Shown: positions 1-11,995 of the stretch, in pieces | How the letters are laid out: every line of letters starts with the position of its first letter | Position numbering within the stretch: the first letter of the stretch is position 1 | NCBI GenBank assembly: GCA_000934665.2 | Contig: JYFJ02002148.1 | Span: 1 to 62,567, forward strand | Direction: 5' to 3' | DNA: 62,567 nt | Source: Catajapyx aquilonaris | Lineage: Eukaryota | Made by a program: the position numbers and the translations under genes | The notes under the pieces: model-generated | Database searches by the model: none | The model's input: only the letters and a program-made list of their open reading frames with translations | Told to the model about the DNA's origin: nothing

Positions 1-721
1 TTCTAATTATTATTTTCTCATCATTCTTCAGCCCATTGGCAGACATATTTAAAGTAGCACATATCTGCTCAATTTCCTTGTTACAGTCGATCAGCAAAAC
101 CCGGATAACTTGAACCAAGTACACTATTACAACAGGAATGACATATAACATGACTAAGGAGTGCCACTTCATTAATGCATCGAGCATGTTGCGCGGTACA
201 AGGTGGACACCACTTATGGCATACAAATAAATATACCCGGAGGATACAAGTAGAGGCATGGCAATAGTAATGAGAATTAACAAGATGGACCATCGACGAA
301 GTATCTTTTTGTGTTGTGTCATGTTCAGTCGAGAAAATCGGAGGATCAGCATCATGATTTTGGGCAGAGATGCTTGAACCAGAATGTAACTAATCCAAGG
401 ACTTCCGTACACGACTGTTTCGAGAAACATGACAGTTATGGAAGCCGTTTTACTCTGTACGCTAATATGCCTCTTTTCTACTGGTAACCAAATAAGCGAT
501 GCGATGTACGTGGCCAGCAGAAGAAAGTGTACCATTGCAGGCCACCGTTGGTACCACTTCCAACTCTGCTCTTTCCTGGGCCACGGACAAGGAGCGATTC
601 CTCCAATGGTGGCCAAGATGGACAGTGGTCTAAACACGGTCCAAAACGCGTCTTCTTCTAAAGAGTGGTCACCCCGTTTGACCTCCTCCACTGAGAAGAC
701 TGCATGATTCCTGCGGACCAT
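1..721 (-). CDS. Gustatory receptor paralog, exon 1 (runs off the left edge of the window)
   Basis: Colinear near-identical copy of 3629-4349 (offset 3628). ATG at 721-719 begins MVRRNH. No stop was seen in the segments checked. The 3' exons lie outside the window. Confidence 0.8.
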   Translation of the reverse strand, partial: MVRRNHAVFSVEEVKRGDHSLEEDAFWTVFRPLSILATIGGIAPCPWPRKEQSWKWYQRWPAMVHFLLLATYIASLIWLPVEKRHISVQSKTASITVMFLETVVYGSPWISYILVQASLPKIMMLILRFSRLNMTQHKKILRRWSILLILITIAMPLLVSSGYIYLYAISGVHLVPRNMLDALMKWHSLVMLYVIPVVIVYLVQVIRVLLIDCNKEIEQICATLNMSANGLKNDEKIIIR

Positions 722-1599
722 TTTGTATACTCTCTTTCCCTGCACTACTCTTCGCAAAACTTGTCCTGTTCGTGGACACATGCATTCATTGATTTTCCCT
801 CCAAAGGTGACTACGCCCTTATGAATGGTCAAACAACAATGCAGCACAAGAGGAACGTGTCACTATGAGAAAGATGGACTCTCATAATTATTATAGTGGC
901 AAGTCTCCAGTTCATTTTGATTAAGATTGATAATGTTATTCCGTGACCTTGAACTGTGCGAGAACTATCAAAGCCAGTTATTAATGATTCCAGTGTTTAT
1001 TGCAATATTTTTGTCGCCATAACTTATGGCCGTCCGCAATACAAACCTCTGTTACAGTAACCCGCTGCAGTTATTTGCATGGGAGCACCTGTCATCTTCT
1101 GAATTTATTAACCCTCTTTATGTGAGTGGGAGAAAGCAAATCATTAACTCACTTCTATCCATATGTACTTAGGTAAGTGCTGTCGAAAATATGACAATTA
1201 CAAGAATTTGTAGCACGTGTCATCGACCACTTACGTAATCCTTGATGCTCGGATTGGTGACAATGACATTGGCACGAATCAGTTGAGTCAAGGACAAATT
1301 GCTCTGAAATATTCAAAGCATCCCCCCAACCTGGCGCTCAAAATGGGGGTAATTAGGGAAAAATAATATGAAAAAAAAAATCATAACTTCAGTCCTATAT
1401 AGCAAGTGGAACTGTGAGGTTTTGAACACAGATCCACAGCATCTTGTTGCACATATTTCCATCCTCTGAAAAGCAAAATTAGATAAGCATAAGCAACTCG
1501 GTAATACCATAGTCTTTCATAAGTCACTGCAGTCGAGTCACATTACACAAACATTATTAAAAAAAAGTCATGGTGTACTACCCCAAGTTGGAGAAAAAG

Positions 1600-2720
1600 A
1601 ATGCAGGTGAGTTAGATTGTATGCGCAGGAATTAATTGCTACAAGTACCATTCAATTTGGCTCTTCTTCTGTAGTGGGAGGAATTTCTTCATTCTTCTTT
1701 TCTTGTTCTTCTTCACCATCACCTGTAGTCAACTCAACAACAGGTTCTATTGAGAGCTCCTGAGATTCAACTCGAGGCTCGCCTAAGTCCAGCGGCTCAG
1801 CAAAGATGCCTTTGTTACTGATCGCTCTTGGTTCTTGGCTCTTGGCTGCAAACTGCCCATCGTCCTAAAAATAACAATGCTATTAACGGCCAAATCAGAT
1901 TAGAGCAGAGTGGACTGTAAGAGTGCCTTTGAAAACTGGCAACGGGGCAAAACATTAAATTTTAAAATCATGTATCAAAAATATGGCACGTTTCTTGTAA
2001 AACTGCTGACAAAAACATGTCACAACATTTGACACGCTTTCAGAGTAGTTAGAAATGAATCCTTTGCTCGCTCCAAACTTTGCACAAAGAGCCCGAATTT
2101 TATTGCTACGACCAGTTCTCACCTTCATGTAAAAGCTGCAATGAGGGCCATGTGTCCCCGGTTTTTGCTTGCAATTATTCGAATGCATTGTTGTCGACAT
2201 TATAGCATTGCCCACCACCTGCATGGGCTTGTTTTTCATAGTGAACAGTTCCTGGCGGACCCAGGCAAGTGACGTAGCATCCGTTTTTGGATCGTGCATG
2301 AGTGCCGTCAATTGCTCTAAGGAACTCATTGACTCTTCTGAGACATGGGTATGAGATATTGCACTGAACACAGAGGTAATTTCTGGGTGAGCCATCCACA
2401 TTTTGAAAGCTGTCTTCTTTCCTATGTAATTGTAGAAAGATAACTCATCACATCCTGTGAAGCAGTGGAAGCCGCGGAAAGCATCTGACACATCTTCAGC
2501 TAGGGCCGCTGCAATGAGGTGGGCCCCAACATAGTTCCGTTTGTTGCCTGAACCCCTCAACAGCCATAGTTCGTGCAGTCCAAGAGTTTTAAGGTGAAAG
2601 AAGAATGAGACTCCTAGAACCTCGACAACACCACCAGGATGCTCTTGGCTCCATGTTCTACCATGTCCTGAGCATGCAATATGATGCGACCGTCTGCCTC
2701 TTCCAATATGCACCGCTTTC
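1600..2720 (-). mobile_element. Decayed DNA transposon fragment with an XPG/FEN1-like H3TH nuclease segment (AcademX-like)
   Basis: ORF 1955-2713 contains LWLLRGSGNKRNYV...FHCFTGCDELSFYNYIGKKTAFK...LEQLTALMH...VRQELF, matching the 'H.FTGCD..S.F...GKK.A.K' motif of the XPG-like domain in AcademX transposases (from recall, not searched). An acidic exon-like stretch follows at 1864-1651. No TIRs were identified. A deleted copy lies at about 5130-5700. Confidence 0.55.
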
Positions 2721-2860
2721 CTTTGAGTGAAGTTTGGACGGTATGTGACGAAGCATAAATCACTTCACCTTAGTTGGTGACTGCAAGTTAAAACGCAAAA
2801 ACTTTACACACGTGTAGTTGTGCCAAAACCTTCTTCTGTGTTAAGATGCGGGATACTGCT

Positions 2861-4349
2861 TTATTTACTGGAATCTTCGCCACTTCTGAATTGTGCCAGC
2901 ACAATCAGGTATGTTGTGATAGTTCCAGGCTTCCAGCCAACTACAAAATGAGATGTTACGTGTGTTAGGACAATGCTCTCGACGAAATAATTAGGATACG
3001 ACATTATAGTAATTTACCGCTGTGAGTAGTCCTCGGTTGACTGTGAAGTAATCGGCAGCAGTAATCTCCATTGGTGCACTGCTCATCATTTGGATTAGTG
3101 AATCCAGCTTAGGAGAGGCAATTTTGAAAATATACGTACAATAATTACACTGTAGAACAATGCGAATCTGCAAAGAGATACGTACATTTACCTTCACTCG
3201 TAAGTCGGTGGCAAATCGATTTGCGAAAATGAGATGCGGCAATGTCATGGTGCTCTGAAAATGGGAAATATTGCCTTTAATTTATTGGGGACTATATTAT
3301 ATTCATCGATTCTACGAGATACACTAGATTTGGCATCCTGTATGAAGATGCTTTCGCATCTGACAAGTGAGTATACTTACTATCCGTGGAACTGATCCCA
3401 GAATAAGAGTGAATGCAGCTGCTGCTGATATGTTGAGGCCAACGTTGATTAAGAACGCCAGAGTGATGAAAGTATCCATTGTTGGAACCAAAATTAAATA
3501 AAACAGGATGCTGGTGACCCATACAGTGAGTACGAAGTACACAACCACAATGCAGAGTCCAAAGGTCCTGCTCATGAATCCCACCAAGATGCACAATTCT
3601 CGACACAGGTCAGTGGCAAAGATCAGCTTTCTAATTATTATTTTCTCATCATTCTTCAGCCCATTGGCAGACATATTTAAAGTAGCACATATCTGCTCAA
3701 TTTCCTTGTTACAGTCGATCAGCAACACCCGGATAACTTGAACCAAGTACACTATTACAACAGGAATTATATATAACATGACTAAGGAGTGGCACTTCAT
3801 TAATACATCCAGCATGTTTCTCGGTACAAGATGGACACCACTTATGGCATACAAATAAATATTCCTGGAGGCTACAAGTAGAGGCATGGCAATAGTAATG
3901 AGAATTAACAAGATGGACCATCGACGAAGTATCTTTTTATGTTGTGTCATTTTCAGTCGAGAAAATCGGAGGATCAGCCTCATGATTTTGGGCAGAGATG
4001 CTTGAACGAGAATGTAACTAATCCACGGACTTCCATATATGACTGTTTCGAGAAACGTGACAGTTACGTAAGCCGTTTTACCCTGTACGCTAATATACCT
4101 CCTTTCTACTGGTAACCAAATAAGCGATGCGATGTACGTGGCCAGTAGAAGAAAGTTCACCATTGCAGGCCACTGTTGGTACCACTTCCAACTCTGCTCT
4201 TTCCTGGGCCACGGACAAGGAGCGATTCCTCCAATGGTGGCCAAGATGGACAGTGGTCTAAACACGGTCCAAAACGTGTCTTCTTCTAAAGTGTGGTCAC
4301 CCCGTTTGACATCCACCACTGAGAAGACCGCATGATTCCTGCGGACCAT
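2861..4349 (-). CDS. Gustatory receptor (7tm_7 chemoreceptor), 4 exons, possible frameshift in the last exon
   Basis: Exons are 4349-3381, 3254-3192 (STMTLPH..LRVK), 3107-3018 (90 nt, LDSLIQ..ITAADYFTVNRGLLTA) and 2940 or 2929 to 2861 (GTITTYLIVLAQF..*). Three phase-0 GT-AG introns near the C-terminus and the TYxxxxxQF motif are GR hallmarks. Exon 1 encodes multiple hydrophobic helices. Confidence 0.9.
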
Positions 4350-5700
4350 TTTGTATACTCTCTTTCCCTGCACTACTCTTCGCAAAACTTGTCCTGTTCG
4401 TGGACAAAGGCATTCATTGATTTTCCCTCCGAAGGTGACTACGCCCTTATGAATAGCAAAACAACAATAAAGTTTTGACTAATGTGACTCACTTTGGTTT
4501 AGCATGATTCAAATGCCGAACAGTAAGGGTGAATAATTGCATGCTATTACAATAGAATGCATCACAAAAGGAGAGTGCACATGTCACTATGAGCGAGATG
4601 GACACGTCATTATGAGAACTATGGACTCTCATAATTATTATAGTGGCAAGTCTCGAGTTCATTTTAATTCAGATTGATATAATGTTATTCAGTGACCTTC
4701 AACTGTGCGAGAACTATCAAAGCCAACAACCTGAAAATGTGACTATTATTAAATGATTCCAGTATTTATTGCAATATTTTTGTCGCCAGAACTTTACGGC
4801 CGTCAGCAATGCAAACCTCTATTATTGACAATGATGTAACCCACTGCAGTTATTTGCATGGGACGACCTGTAACCTGAGTAACCAGTTTGAGGCGAAAAT
4901 CGATTGTTACTATCACCTCAAACAATATTGGTCACCTGGGTTACTCAGCAATGTTATCATTGGGCGAAGACTTCTCGTGTCAAATCGCTCACATGTAAAC
5001 AAACAACTTCTTATAATTGCTTCATAAATATTACAAACCTCTTTTAACAGCCTTCATAGCACACTCCATAGCATGGATGTCCCACGTAGCCCATTTTGGT
5101 CCGGGCGCCATGCTCAAAATAAGCTGCACAATTATTTCCATCCACTGAAAATCAAAATTAGATAAGCATAAGCAACTGGTTAATACCATAGTCTATCGTA
5201 AGTCACTGCAGTCGAGTCACCTTACACAAACATTATTATATAAAAAAGTCATGGTGTACTACCCCAAGTCTGAGAAAAAGAATGCAGGTGAGTTAGATTG
5301 TATGCGCAGGAATTAATTGCTACAAGTACCATTCAATTTGGCTCTTCTTCTGTAGTGGGAGGAATTTATTTATTCTTATTTTCTTGTTCTTCACAGTCAC
5401 CTGCAGTCAACTCAACCACAGGTCCTATTGGGAGCTCTTGAGATTCAACTTGAGGCTCCCCTAAGTCCAGCGGATCAGCAAAGATGGCTTTGTTACTGAT
5501 CACTCTTGGTTCTTGGCTCTTGGCTGCAAACTGCCCATCGTCCTAAAAATACGTAACAATGCTATTAACAAACTTTGCACAAAGAGCCCGAATTTTATTG
5601 CTACGAACAATCCTCACCTTCACATAAAAGCTGCAATCAGGGTCATGTGTCCCCGGTTTTTGCTTGCAATTATTCGAAGCTGCCTGCATTGTTGTCGACC
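3629..5700. repeat. Tandem segmental duplication of 1-~2200 (GR exon 1, upstream region, transposon remnant)
   Basis: 1-~1085 matches 3629-~4865 and ~1450-2200 matches ~5130-5700, with indels including loss of ~1888-2074 in the second copy. Confidence 0.85.
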
Positions 5701-6208
5701 ATAAAGGTCAACTGATATTTCAACTTTTCTTTCACTATTTAAGATGAACGAATAATTGTGGCCCAATGCAACCACATCTTAATCACACCAATTTACAGAC
5801 CATTTTTACGATGAGGTTATAATCAGTTAGCTTACCACGAGTAGCCTATTGGCCATCAGTAATAATGGGTTCTTGTGTCACTATTATCACAATTCAAGGC
5901 AGATTTGGACGTTGTGTGAGACGTTAATTTGCCATTCCCCATAGTACTGGATTCAGGCGAGACAGCTCTGGGTTCAGAAGATTCCATTTCGGCTGTCCTG
6001 ACTCACATCCTCCACCTCGGGAACAGCATCCATCATTGGCTCTTCCTTCACCTCCACCACCTCCAACTCCACCATCTCTTCCTCTATCATTATAGCCTTG
6101 CCCACCACCTCCAATGCCATGGGTCTGTAAAAAAAAATCTAGCATTAGCCCCAAGCATGAAACAGACTCTCTCAGATTTGCATGAAATGGGACAGTAGGT
6201 GTATCATA

Positions 6209-6363
6209 GGGGCCGTGCAGACGGGCCAAGCTTAGCCACGCCTGGCCGCGGCCGTGACGGTTCACACCTGGCAAGCCATGGGCAGGCCACGGCTTACAGA
6301 GTAGGCCAACTTCCTGGAAGTTGGCCAGGGCCGCGGCTAAGCTTGGCCCGTCTGCACGGCCCC
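6209..6363. mobile_element. 155-bp MITE, PIF/Harbinger (Tourist)-like
   Basis: Perfect 29-bp TIR GGGGCCGTGCAGACGGGCCAAGCTTAGCC. The 3-bp flank ATA occurs on both sides (6206-6208, 6364-6366). Internal hairpin GGCCAACTTCC-T-GGAAGTTGGCC. The superfamily is inferred from the GGGCC ends and 3-bp TSD. Confidence 0.75.
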
Positions 6364-7520
6364 ATATTCATTGGTAGGAGCCACTTCTCTCTATGGCCAG
6401 GTGCTTTCGATCTATGATGTGGCAATAGATCCCTTTAGGGGTGCTATCATAAGCAGGGTTGTGAACCGAACCCTTGCTCCGTGAACTCGATAACATCGGA
6501 GCCACTCCGGAGCAGTAGAGCCGGGTCTGGAGCGAGCGTCGGAGCTAGGTTCAGGTTCGAGTCGGAGCCAAGGTCGGAACAGGTGCGGAGTTTGGTTCGG
6601 GCCAATGCCTTCGGAGTTGAACCTGGTTCCGGAGCGGGTTCGGATCGGTTCAGAGCTCGGTTAGGTCTAACATACCAACGCAACAGGGGGAATGGCAGAA
6701 AAACTGCTGGATTTACTCCAGTGTATGTAGTCATGTGTGGCCGCACTGGTCACTCATAATACGGACATTAGTATGGTTGCTTTTACCTGGTGTGAAAATA
6801 CTCGTTCCGTTGCCATTGACCTGAGGAGGAAGCACCTGAGGAAAGGAGGACCTCAGCCGCAGGTAGGTCACCGGCTGATAGAAGCTGTCTGCTGCGAAAT
6901 GGGAGAAATATGTCACCACAGCTGCTCAGATACTAATTATTATACTCTAATTAACTACTCACAAAGCTTATTGACGCCAAGAGCAGCTCATTGGAGATGA
7001 TTAAAGAGAACTTCGAAAGAGAACAAGCTTGAGAGAGAGTCGGCCATCTTTGACAATGGGCGCATTCCCATCCCTGCTCTTTCAGAACCGTTTTGACCAG
7101 GTGGCACCACTGATCGATACCGTATTCACAAGGGCCGCCTTTTACCGTATATCCCCCAACAAAAACAAATGTAACAAAAGCAATTAAATAAACATAAATG
7201 AATCACACAGATGCTGTTGTGACAACTTGCATTTCAACATGACTTTTGACAACAATGCTGGAATGGCTTCAACGGTGTCTCTGCCGAAATAAATGACAAC
7301 GCATAATTATATATTATTATTGCGATGACAATTTGATTTTACTCTGTGCCTCTCTGTTACATACTTGCTTTAGCAAAACATGCATTATTAGGGATACAGC
7401 TGCAATGTTGCTTGTCCAGGCTGCGCACTTTAACAACAATGCATACTAATAAATATAAATGTAACATTCGCGGATGCAAATATTGCAAAAAAAAATATGC
7501 AGATGTGACATACTGTAGGT

Positions 7521-7951
7521 CGGGAGCATATATACTACATAAGAGGCGCAAACTTAGGTCCCATTGATTTCCGCGTCTCTCTGTTTAGGGCCGTTGTGCC
7601 AATAAGGCTGGCGGCCATTTTGAAGTGGGGGCAACGCCAACGATGGATATAAATAGGGTACAGGCAAAATTAGTTTCCGCCATCTTTGATTCGCGCGTGT
7701 TCTTGCCGTGTAGTTGCCATGGCCGCCAAAACCATCAAAGCTTTGATGATTTTGGCGGCCATGGCAACTACACGGCAAGAACACGCGCGAATCAAAAATG
7801 GCGGACCCTATTTTTGCCTGTACCCTATTTATATCCATCGTTGGCGTTGCCCCCACTTCAAAATGGCCGCCAGCCTGGGCACCGCCCCAAACAGAGAGAC
7901 GCGGAAATCGAATGTTTACGCCTCTTATGTACATAGTATATATGCTCATTG
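7521..7951. mobile_element. Fold-back (near-palindromic) MITE, P-element-like
   Basis: ~430-bp near-perfect palindrome centred at 7740/7741 (catcaaag|ctttgatg). 8-bp TSD CTGTAGGT at 7513-7520 and 9685-9692, the right copy displaced by the hAT insertion. A second family member lies at 24787-25060. Confidence 0.85.
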
Positions 7952-7952
7952 C

Positions 7953-9677
7953 CAGGGCCCTGCAGAGGGGGGGCAGCTGGGTACACTTGCCCCGGGCCTC
8001 AGTACGGCCAGGGGGCCCCGCCAGGGGCCCCAGGCCAGACTTATTCAACCAGCCGACAGAAACTTACTGGGAAAAATACCCAATCCCAATGGCGTCTTAA
8101 CACATTAGGGCCGAATCATTTCTGGAGGCCCCATTTCAATAGTGACTTATAATTCCCAAATTTTGGCAATAATAATAATAATTAGCCAATTTGGGGCCCC
8201 TACTTAGGTTGGGGACTCGGGGCCCTATAATTCAATACCGGCTCTTAAATGGCAATTTTTTCCAATAGAAATTCGCCAATTTGGGGCCCCCTGTTTCAGT
8301 CGGGGGCTATTGGAGCCTCTCCATATGCAAGGATTCGATCAGACATTCAGACTTGCCCAAACACTCACTAATTCTCTCACGCTGAAAATGCAACCACTCA
8401 AGAGGTGGGGAAAAGGAATAGGGCTTGCCTATACATAGAGTACAGTTCTGTTTAAAGGGGAACCTAGCCAAAATTTTGAAGGCCTTAAAATGAGCCCTTG
8501 GCGAATATTGTTTTTGGTTAGTAAAAGTGGTCAAAACCCAATGAACATGATTACGTACATCAAAAGACGGAGGAAGACGAGGAGAATGCAACAATAGAAT
8601 TAGCTTTACTCGAATATGTAACCAGAAAACCGTGCGTCATTCCATCGGTCACATATCTCATAATTTGGGCCCCCTAAAATTAGTGATGAATCTGCAAAAC
8701 ATCCCTCATATTTTACCTGGTTTCAAATTGAACATAACCTTTAACTTTAGAGCTTATGGTGGTCAAAACTCATGTCACGAAATATGACTGAAGTTACGCA
8801 AACACATCACTAATAATTATCGGAGTCCAAGTTCTTGGACATGTGACTGAGCATGTGATGAATATATAGAACGAATGGTACACGTTTTTCAGCTAACATT
8901 TTTGAGGAGAATGTGTTAATTTCATAGTTCCATTTTCAAGTCTTTTTACTTCATTTGTTTACTGGGTTTTGACCAATTACACTAACCGAAAGAGTTCTTC
9001 CAAAAAAGGCCTCAAATTAGCAATTTCCCAAATTCGCGAATTTATTCCTCCTCACGGTATTGAGCAATATGGATGAAACTTGATATTTAGCATTATGGAA
9101 TGATTGTGCACTTCTGTGTTTATTTCCACCAAAATCCGAGAGGGTCAAGCAATGTTTCGTCCCACTTGATTCGGAATGACCCCAAGATTTTTTCGAGGAC
9201 TTTGATTCTTTGACAGCCACAATTAACGTTGAAGACAAAATTCAGACAGAGTGATAGGTCATTATGAGTTACCATGACCTAAGGAACACATAGGGCTACA
9301 AATGGCGATTAATTTCCAAGAACAAAAATGTTGATTTTTGTTACATATTGTAATTATTATAAATGCCTCCTGTCGGGCATTAAAACCCCTAATTAATTAA
9401 GATACTATGTGTGCAAGAGGAGCCATGACATTGCAATAGTGGGGGCTTGGTTCCCCAACACCCTATTTGTGTGCATTTATAGCCCTTTTCCTCTTTTCCA
9501 CATCTCGACTGGCTGCATTTCCAGGGTGTGCATATTGTTCTGTGCTTGTGCAAGTGAAATCAGTTGGCTACCTACTGGCGCATCTCATTGACTGACTTTG
9601 TACATTTTATGTCGTTATAAGAAGGGGCCTCTAACATGATCCTGCCCCGGGCCTCAGACAAGCTCTGCAGGGCCCTG
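7953..9677. mobile_element. Non-autonomous hAT-like DNA transposon (1725 bp)
   Basis: 15-bp TIR CAGGGCCCTGCAGAG and perfect 8-bp TSD CTCATTGC (7945-7952, 9678-9685). Repeated subterminal GGGGCCC motifs. No transposase ORF. Confidence 0.9.
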
Positions 9678-9754
9678 CTCATTGCTGTAGGTTAGAGTTA
9701 GTGCATTCATTCACTATTAATTACAGTTTTTTCTTTTCATTTCTTTGACTCAGT

Positions 9755-11719
9755 TCATTCATGTTTTCCATCTTCGGGAAGGACAGCAGCAGGACAACCT
9801 AAACATTTCTTACGGAAGGGAATAATTTTACATGTCACACTACGCGACTTGCCAACATATTGATGGTAAAGTTCTCCCAAGAAGACAATCAACCCAACAA
9901 TGCTTCCAGTCAAGAGAATCAGGAAGGGACCTTCCACATGATCCCAGGTGAGCCGGACATTTTCATCTTCAAGTTCGTACCAATTGTGGAATATTTTTTC
10001 TTTGGCAGCAGAAATCAACAGACGATGCTCTTCAATACTCAGCCGAAGGTTCTCCAGACCAATGCTGTTGAAGACGTGCATCCAGTGGTCAATGTTCTCA
10101 GCCAAGATGTTGTTCTTCAGAACAATCAGTGAGGTGTGGACGATGGCCAGTGTGTCTGAGGATGTGAAGGTCTCAGCATTCCGGTATACTCGGGCGTAAT
10201 ATGCGACATCCTTCAAGACAGCATCAGACTCGAGTATCACAACATCGTCTGTCAGGATGTCTTCATGGCGCATCTCTATCCCGCTCACGACACGGATTTT
10301 ATCCAGAAAGTAGGCGTATGTATCACGGAATTCGCTCGCTGCTTCTTCCATGAACTCTTTTAGTGCTGGCGACGTTTCTATGGAGAAACTTGACTGAGTC
10401 AGTTCTTCAATGTTTTTGGGTATTTTTTCCACGGGAGGAAAAATCATGATGTCGTACAGCTTGCTTTCGTAACAAGTGCAAAATATCATGCAGAAATATA
10501 TCCAAAACGCGAGAAACATTCTGCATGAAGGAGATGTTGGTGAAGGAGGGTGTTGATCGACAATGTATCTGGCCATGAATTTAAATATCTCCAGAACAGA
10601 ATTAAAAGGAGAAACCATTCCATGTCGGTTGTGAAACTTGGAAATAAATGACACGCATCCAACTGCAAGCAAAAATGATGCAAAGAAAAAGGACCACGAT
10701 CCAATAGTGTAAGGCAACAAAAGAATTAAAGGTGTTATTATAGGGTGAGGCTTACGTGCAATGAAAGTGAATCTGTATGCATCATGAGGAGTGGCACATT
10801 CAAACACTTTGTAAATCAGGTCCAGCACTGGAACCTTTGGTACGAAGGTCAGTTTGCCGGATATAAATTCTTCCATCAGTTCGAGGCTTTTGCTCATATC
10901 AGAAATTATGGCGTCGACATCTATATACTTCATCTCCCAGTGGAAATTCATTCCTTTGCCCAAGAAGCACATGTGGTAGTCACTTTTGAATATGCTGCAC
11001 GCACTGTCGCTCATATTCCACAAGTAAACACCTTCCAGACGTTTTCCATGTAGGTCTTTTGCATAGTCTTTGAACAAACTGTTCTCAGACACTGATTCGA
11101 TCTGTGGTTCTCCTTGGTCGCAGAAGAAGCACGCCGAGTGTGCCTTGAGAGCACCGTTGGCTCCTCCTGTGCTCAGCGACACCTTGTACTTGAGCAGCGA
11201 GGCCGGTTTGTCCAGCATGAAATCCGGATGAGTCGAGTCCCGTATCCAGAACACGAACCGGTCCTTTGTCTTCCTCACTCCGAGCATCCCTTCGTCCGGG
11301 TCCAAAATGATGTCCATCATGTCCTCGTAGGTGTCCTGGCATGTCGCAACCATGTGCACCAGACACTTGGATGCGCGGTATGGCTCTCTGAACACGGCCG
11401 CATTGTCTCTAGATGTCGGTTGGCAATCCCAGGTGCTCTGAGAGCTTGTCCTGATGATCACGGGTCGTCCAGCAGATGACATGTTGGACAGGAGTGTGTC
11501 CATACTCTGAGGGATGGGTCCGTTCCAGTCGTGGGTGATGGCCAGTGGACACTCCATGTCCATGACCAGGTCATGTCCAAGAATATAATTGACAAACTGA
11601 GGGATCCGCTTGGCAGCAGCATTTTCAGGTTTTAAAGTCGCAAGACCCGATGCAATGCTGACAATGGAGAAAAGAACCACTGCTCTCATCAATACCATTT
11701 TGAATTCAATCCATCGCAT
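9755..11719 (-). CDS. Divergent ionotropic receptor IR-1 (intronless; A-type leader, X-type body)
   Basis: 654-aa ORF, likely start M at 11698. Signal peptide, M1 (LLLPYTIGSWSFFFASFLLAVG), pore segment (RYIVDQ), M3 (RMFLAFWIYFCMIFCTCYESKL) and M4 (LTWDHVEGPFLILLTG..FLGE) give iGluR/IR topology. Confidence 0.9.
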   Translation of the reverse strand: MRWIEFKMVLMRAVVLFSIVSIASGLATLKPENAAAKRIPQFVNYILGHDLVMDMECPLAITHDWNGPIPQSMDTLLSNMSSAGRPVIIRTSSQSTWDCQPTSRDNAAVFREPYRASKCLVHMVATCQDTYEDMMDIILDPDEGMLGVRKTKDRFVFWIRDSTHPDFMLDKPASLLKYKVSLSTGGANGALKAHSACFFCDQGEPQIESVSENSLFKDYAKDLHGKRLEGVYLWNMSDSACSIFKSDYHMCFLGKGMNFHWEMKYIDVDAIISDMSKSLELMEEFISGKLTFVPKVPVLDLIYKVFECATPHDAYRFTFIARKPHPIITPLILLLPYTIGSWSFFFASFLLAVGCVSFISKFHNRHGMVSPFNSVLEIFKFMARYIVDQHPPSPTSPSCRMFLAFWIYFCMIFCTCYESKLYDIMIFPPVEKIPKNIEELTQSSFSIETSPALKEFMEEAASEFRDTYAYFLDKIRVVSGIEMRHEDILTDDVVILESDAVLKDVAYYARVYRNAETFTSSDTLAIVHTSLIVLKNNILAENIDHWMHVFNSIGLENLRLSIEEHRLLISAAKEKIFHNWYELEDENVRLTWDHVEGPFLILLTGSIVGLIVFLGELYHQYVGKSRSVTCKIIPFRKKCLGCPAAVLPEDGKHE

Positions 11720-11995
11720 CGGTTGTACGACCGTCTCTTCCTACACCATCCGTAAAACTGTACAGTTGTGTTAGTTTCGATCCGAAAATCGCCCAAGAGA
11801 ATTGTTAATTACTGAACTCCCGTCAACAATTCTGAGTAAACCTTACCGGGAGGAAACAAAGGTAACCTACATGATCAAACGACTCTCGCACAAGGTCTCA
11901 TCGATTGAATCCTTGGAAATGAATCGTTACTTATTAGCACCATGGATTATTCCAGGTGTCGAGTGCAGAGTTACGCAATGGCTAGAACCAGTTAT

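Noticed and set aside
7554..8152. Several overlapping 100-164 aa ORFs on both strands
   Set aside because: They are mirror-image translations of the palindromic MITE and the hAT terminus.
11085..11479. Recurrent antisense (~121 aa, MVAEEA..) and alternative-frame (MSGAHG..) ORFs over the IR cassette in every copy
   Set aside because: They recur because the DNA block itself is near-identical and GC-rich. Starts and ends vary and no domain is recognisable, so there is no independent evidence of coding.
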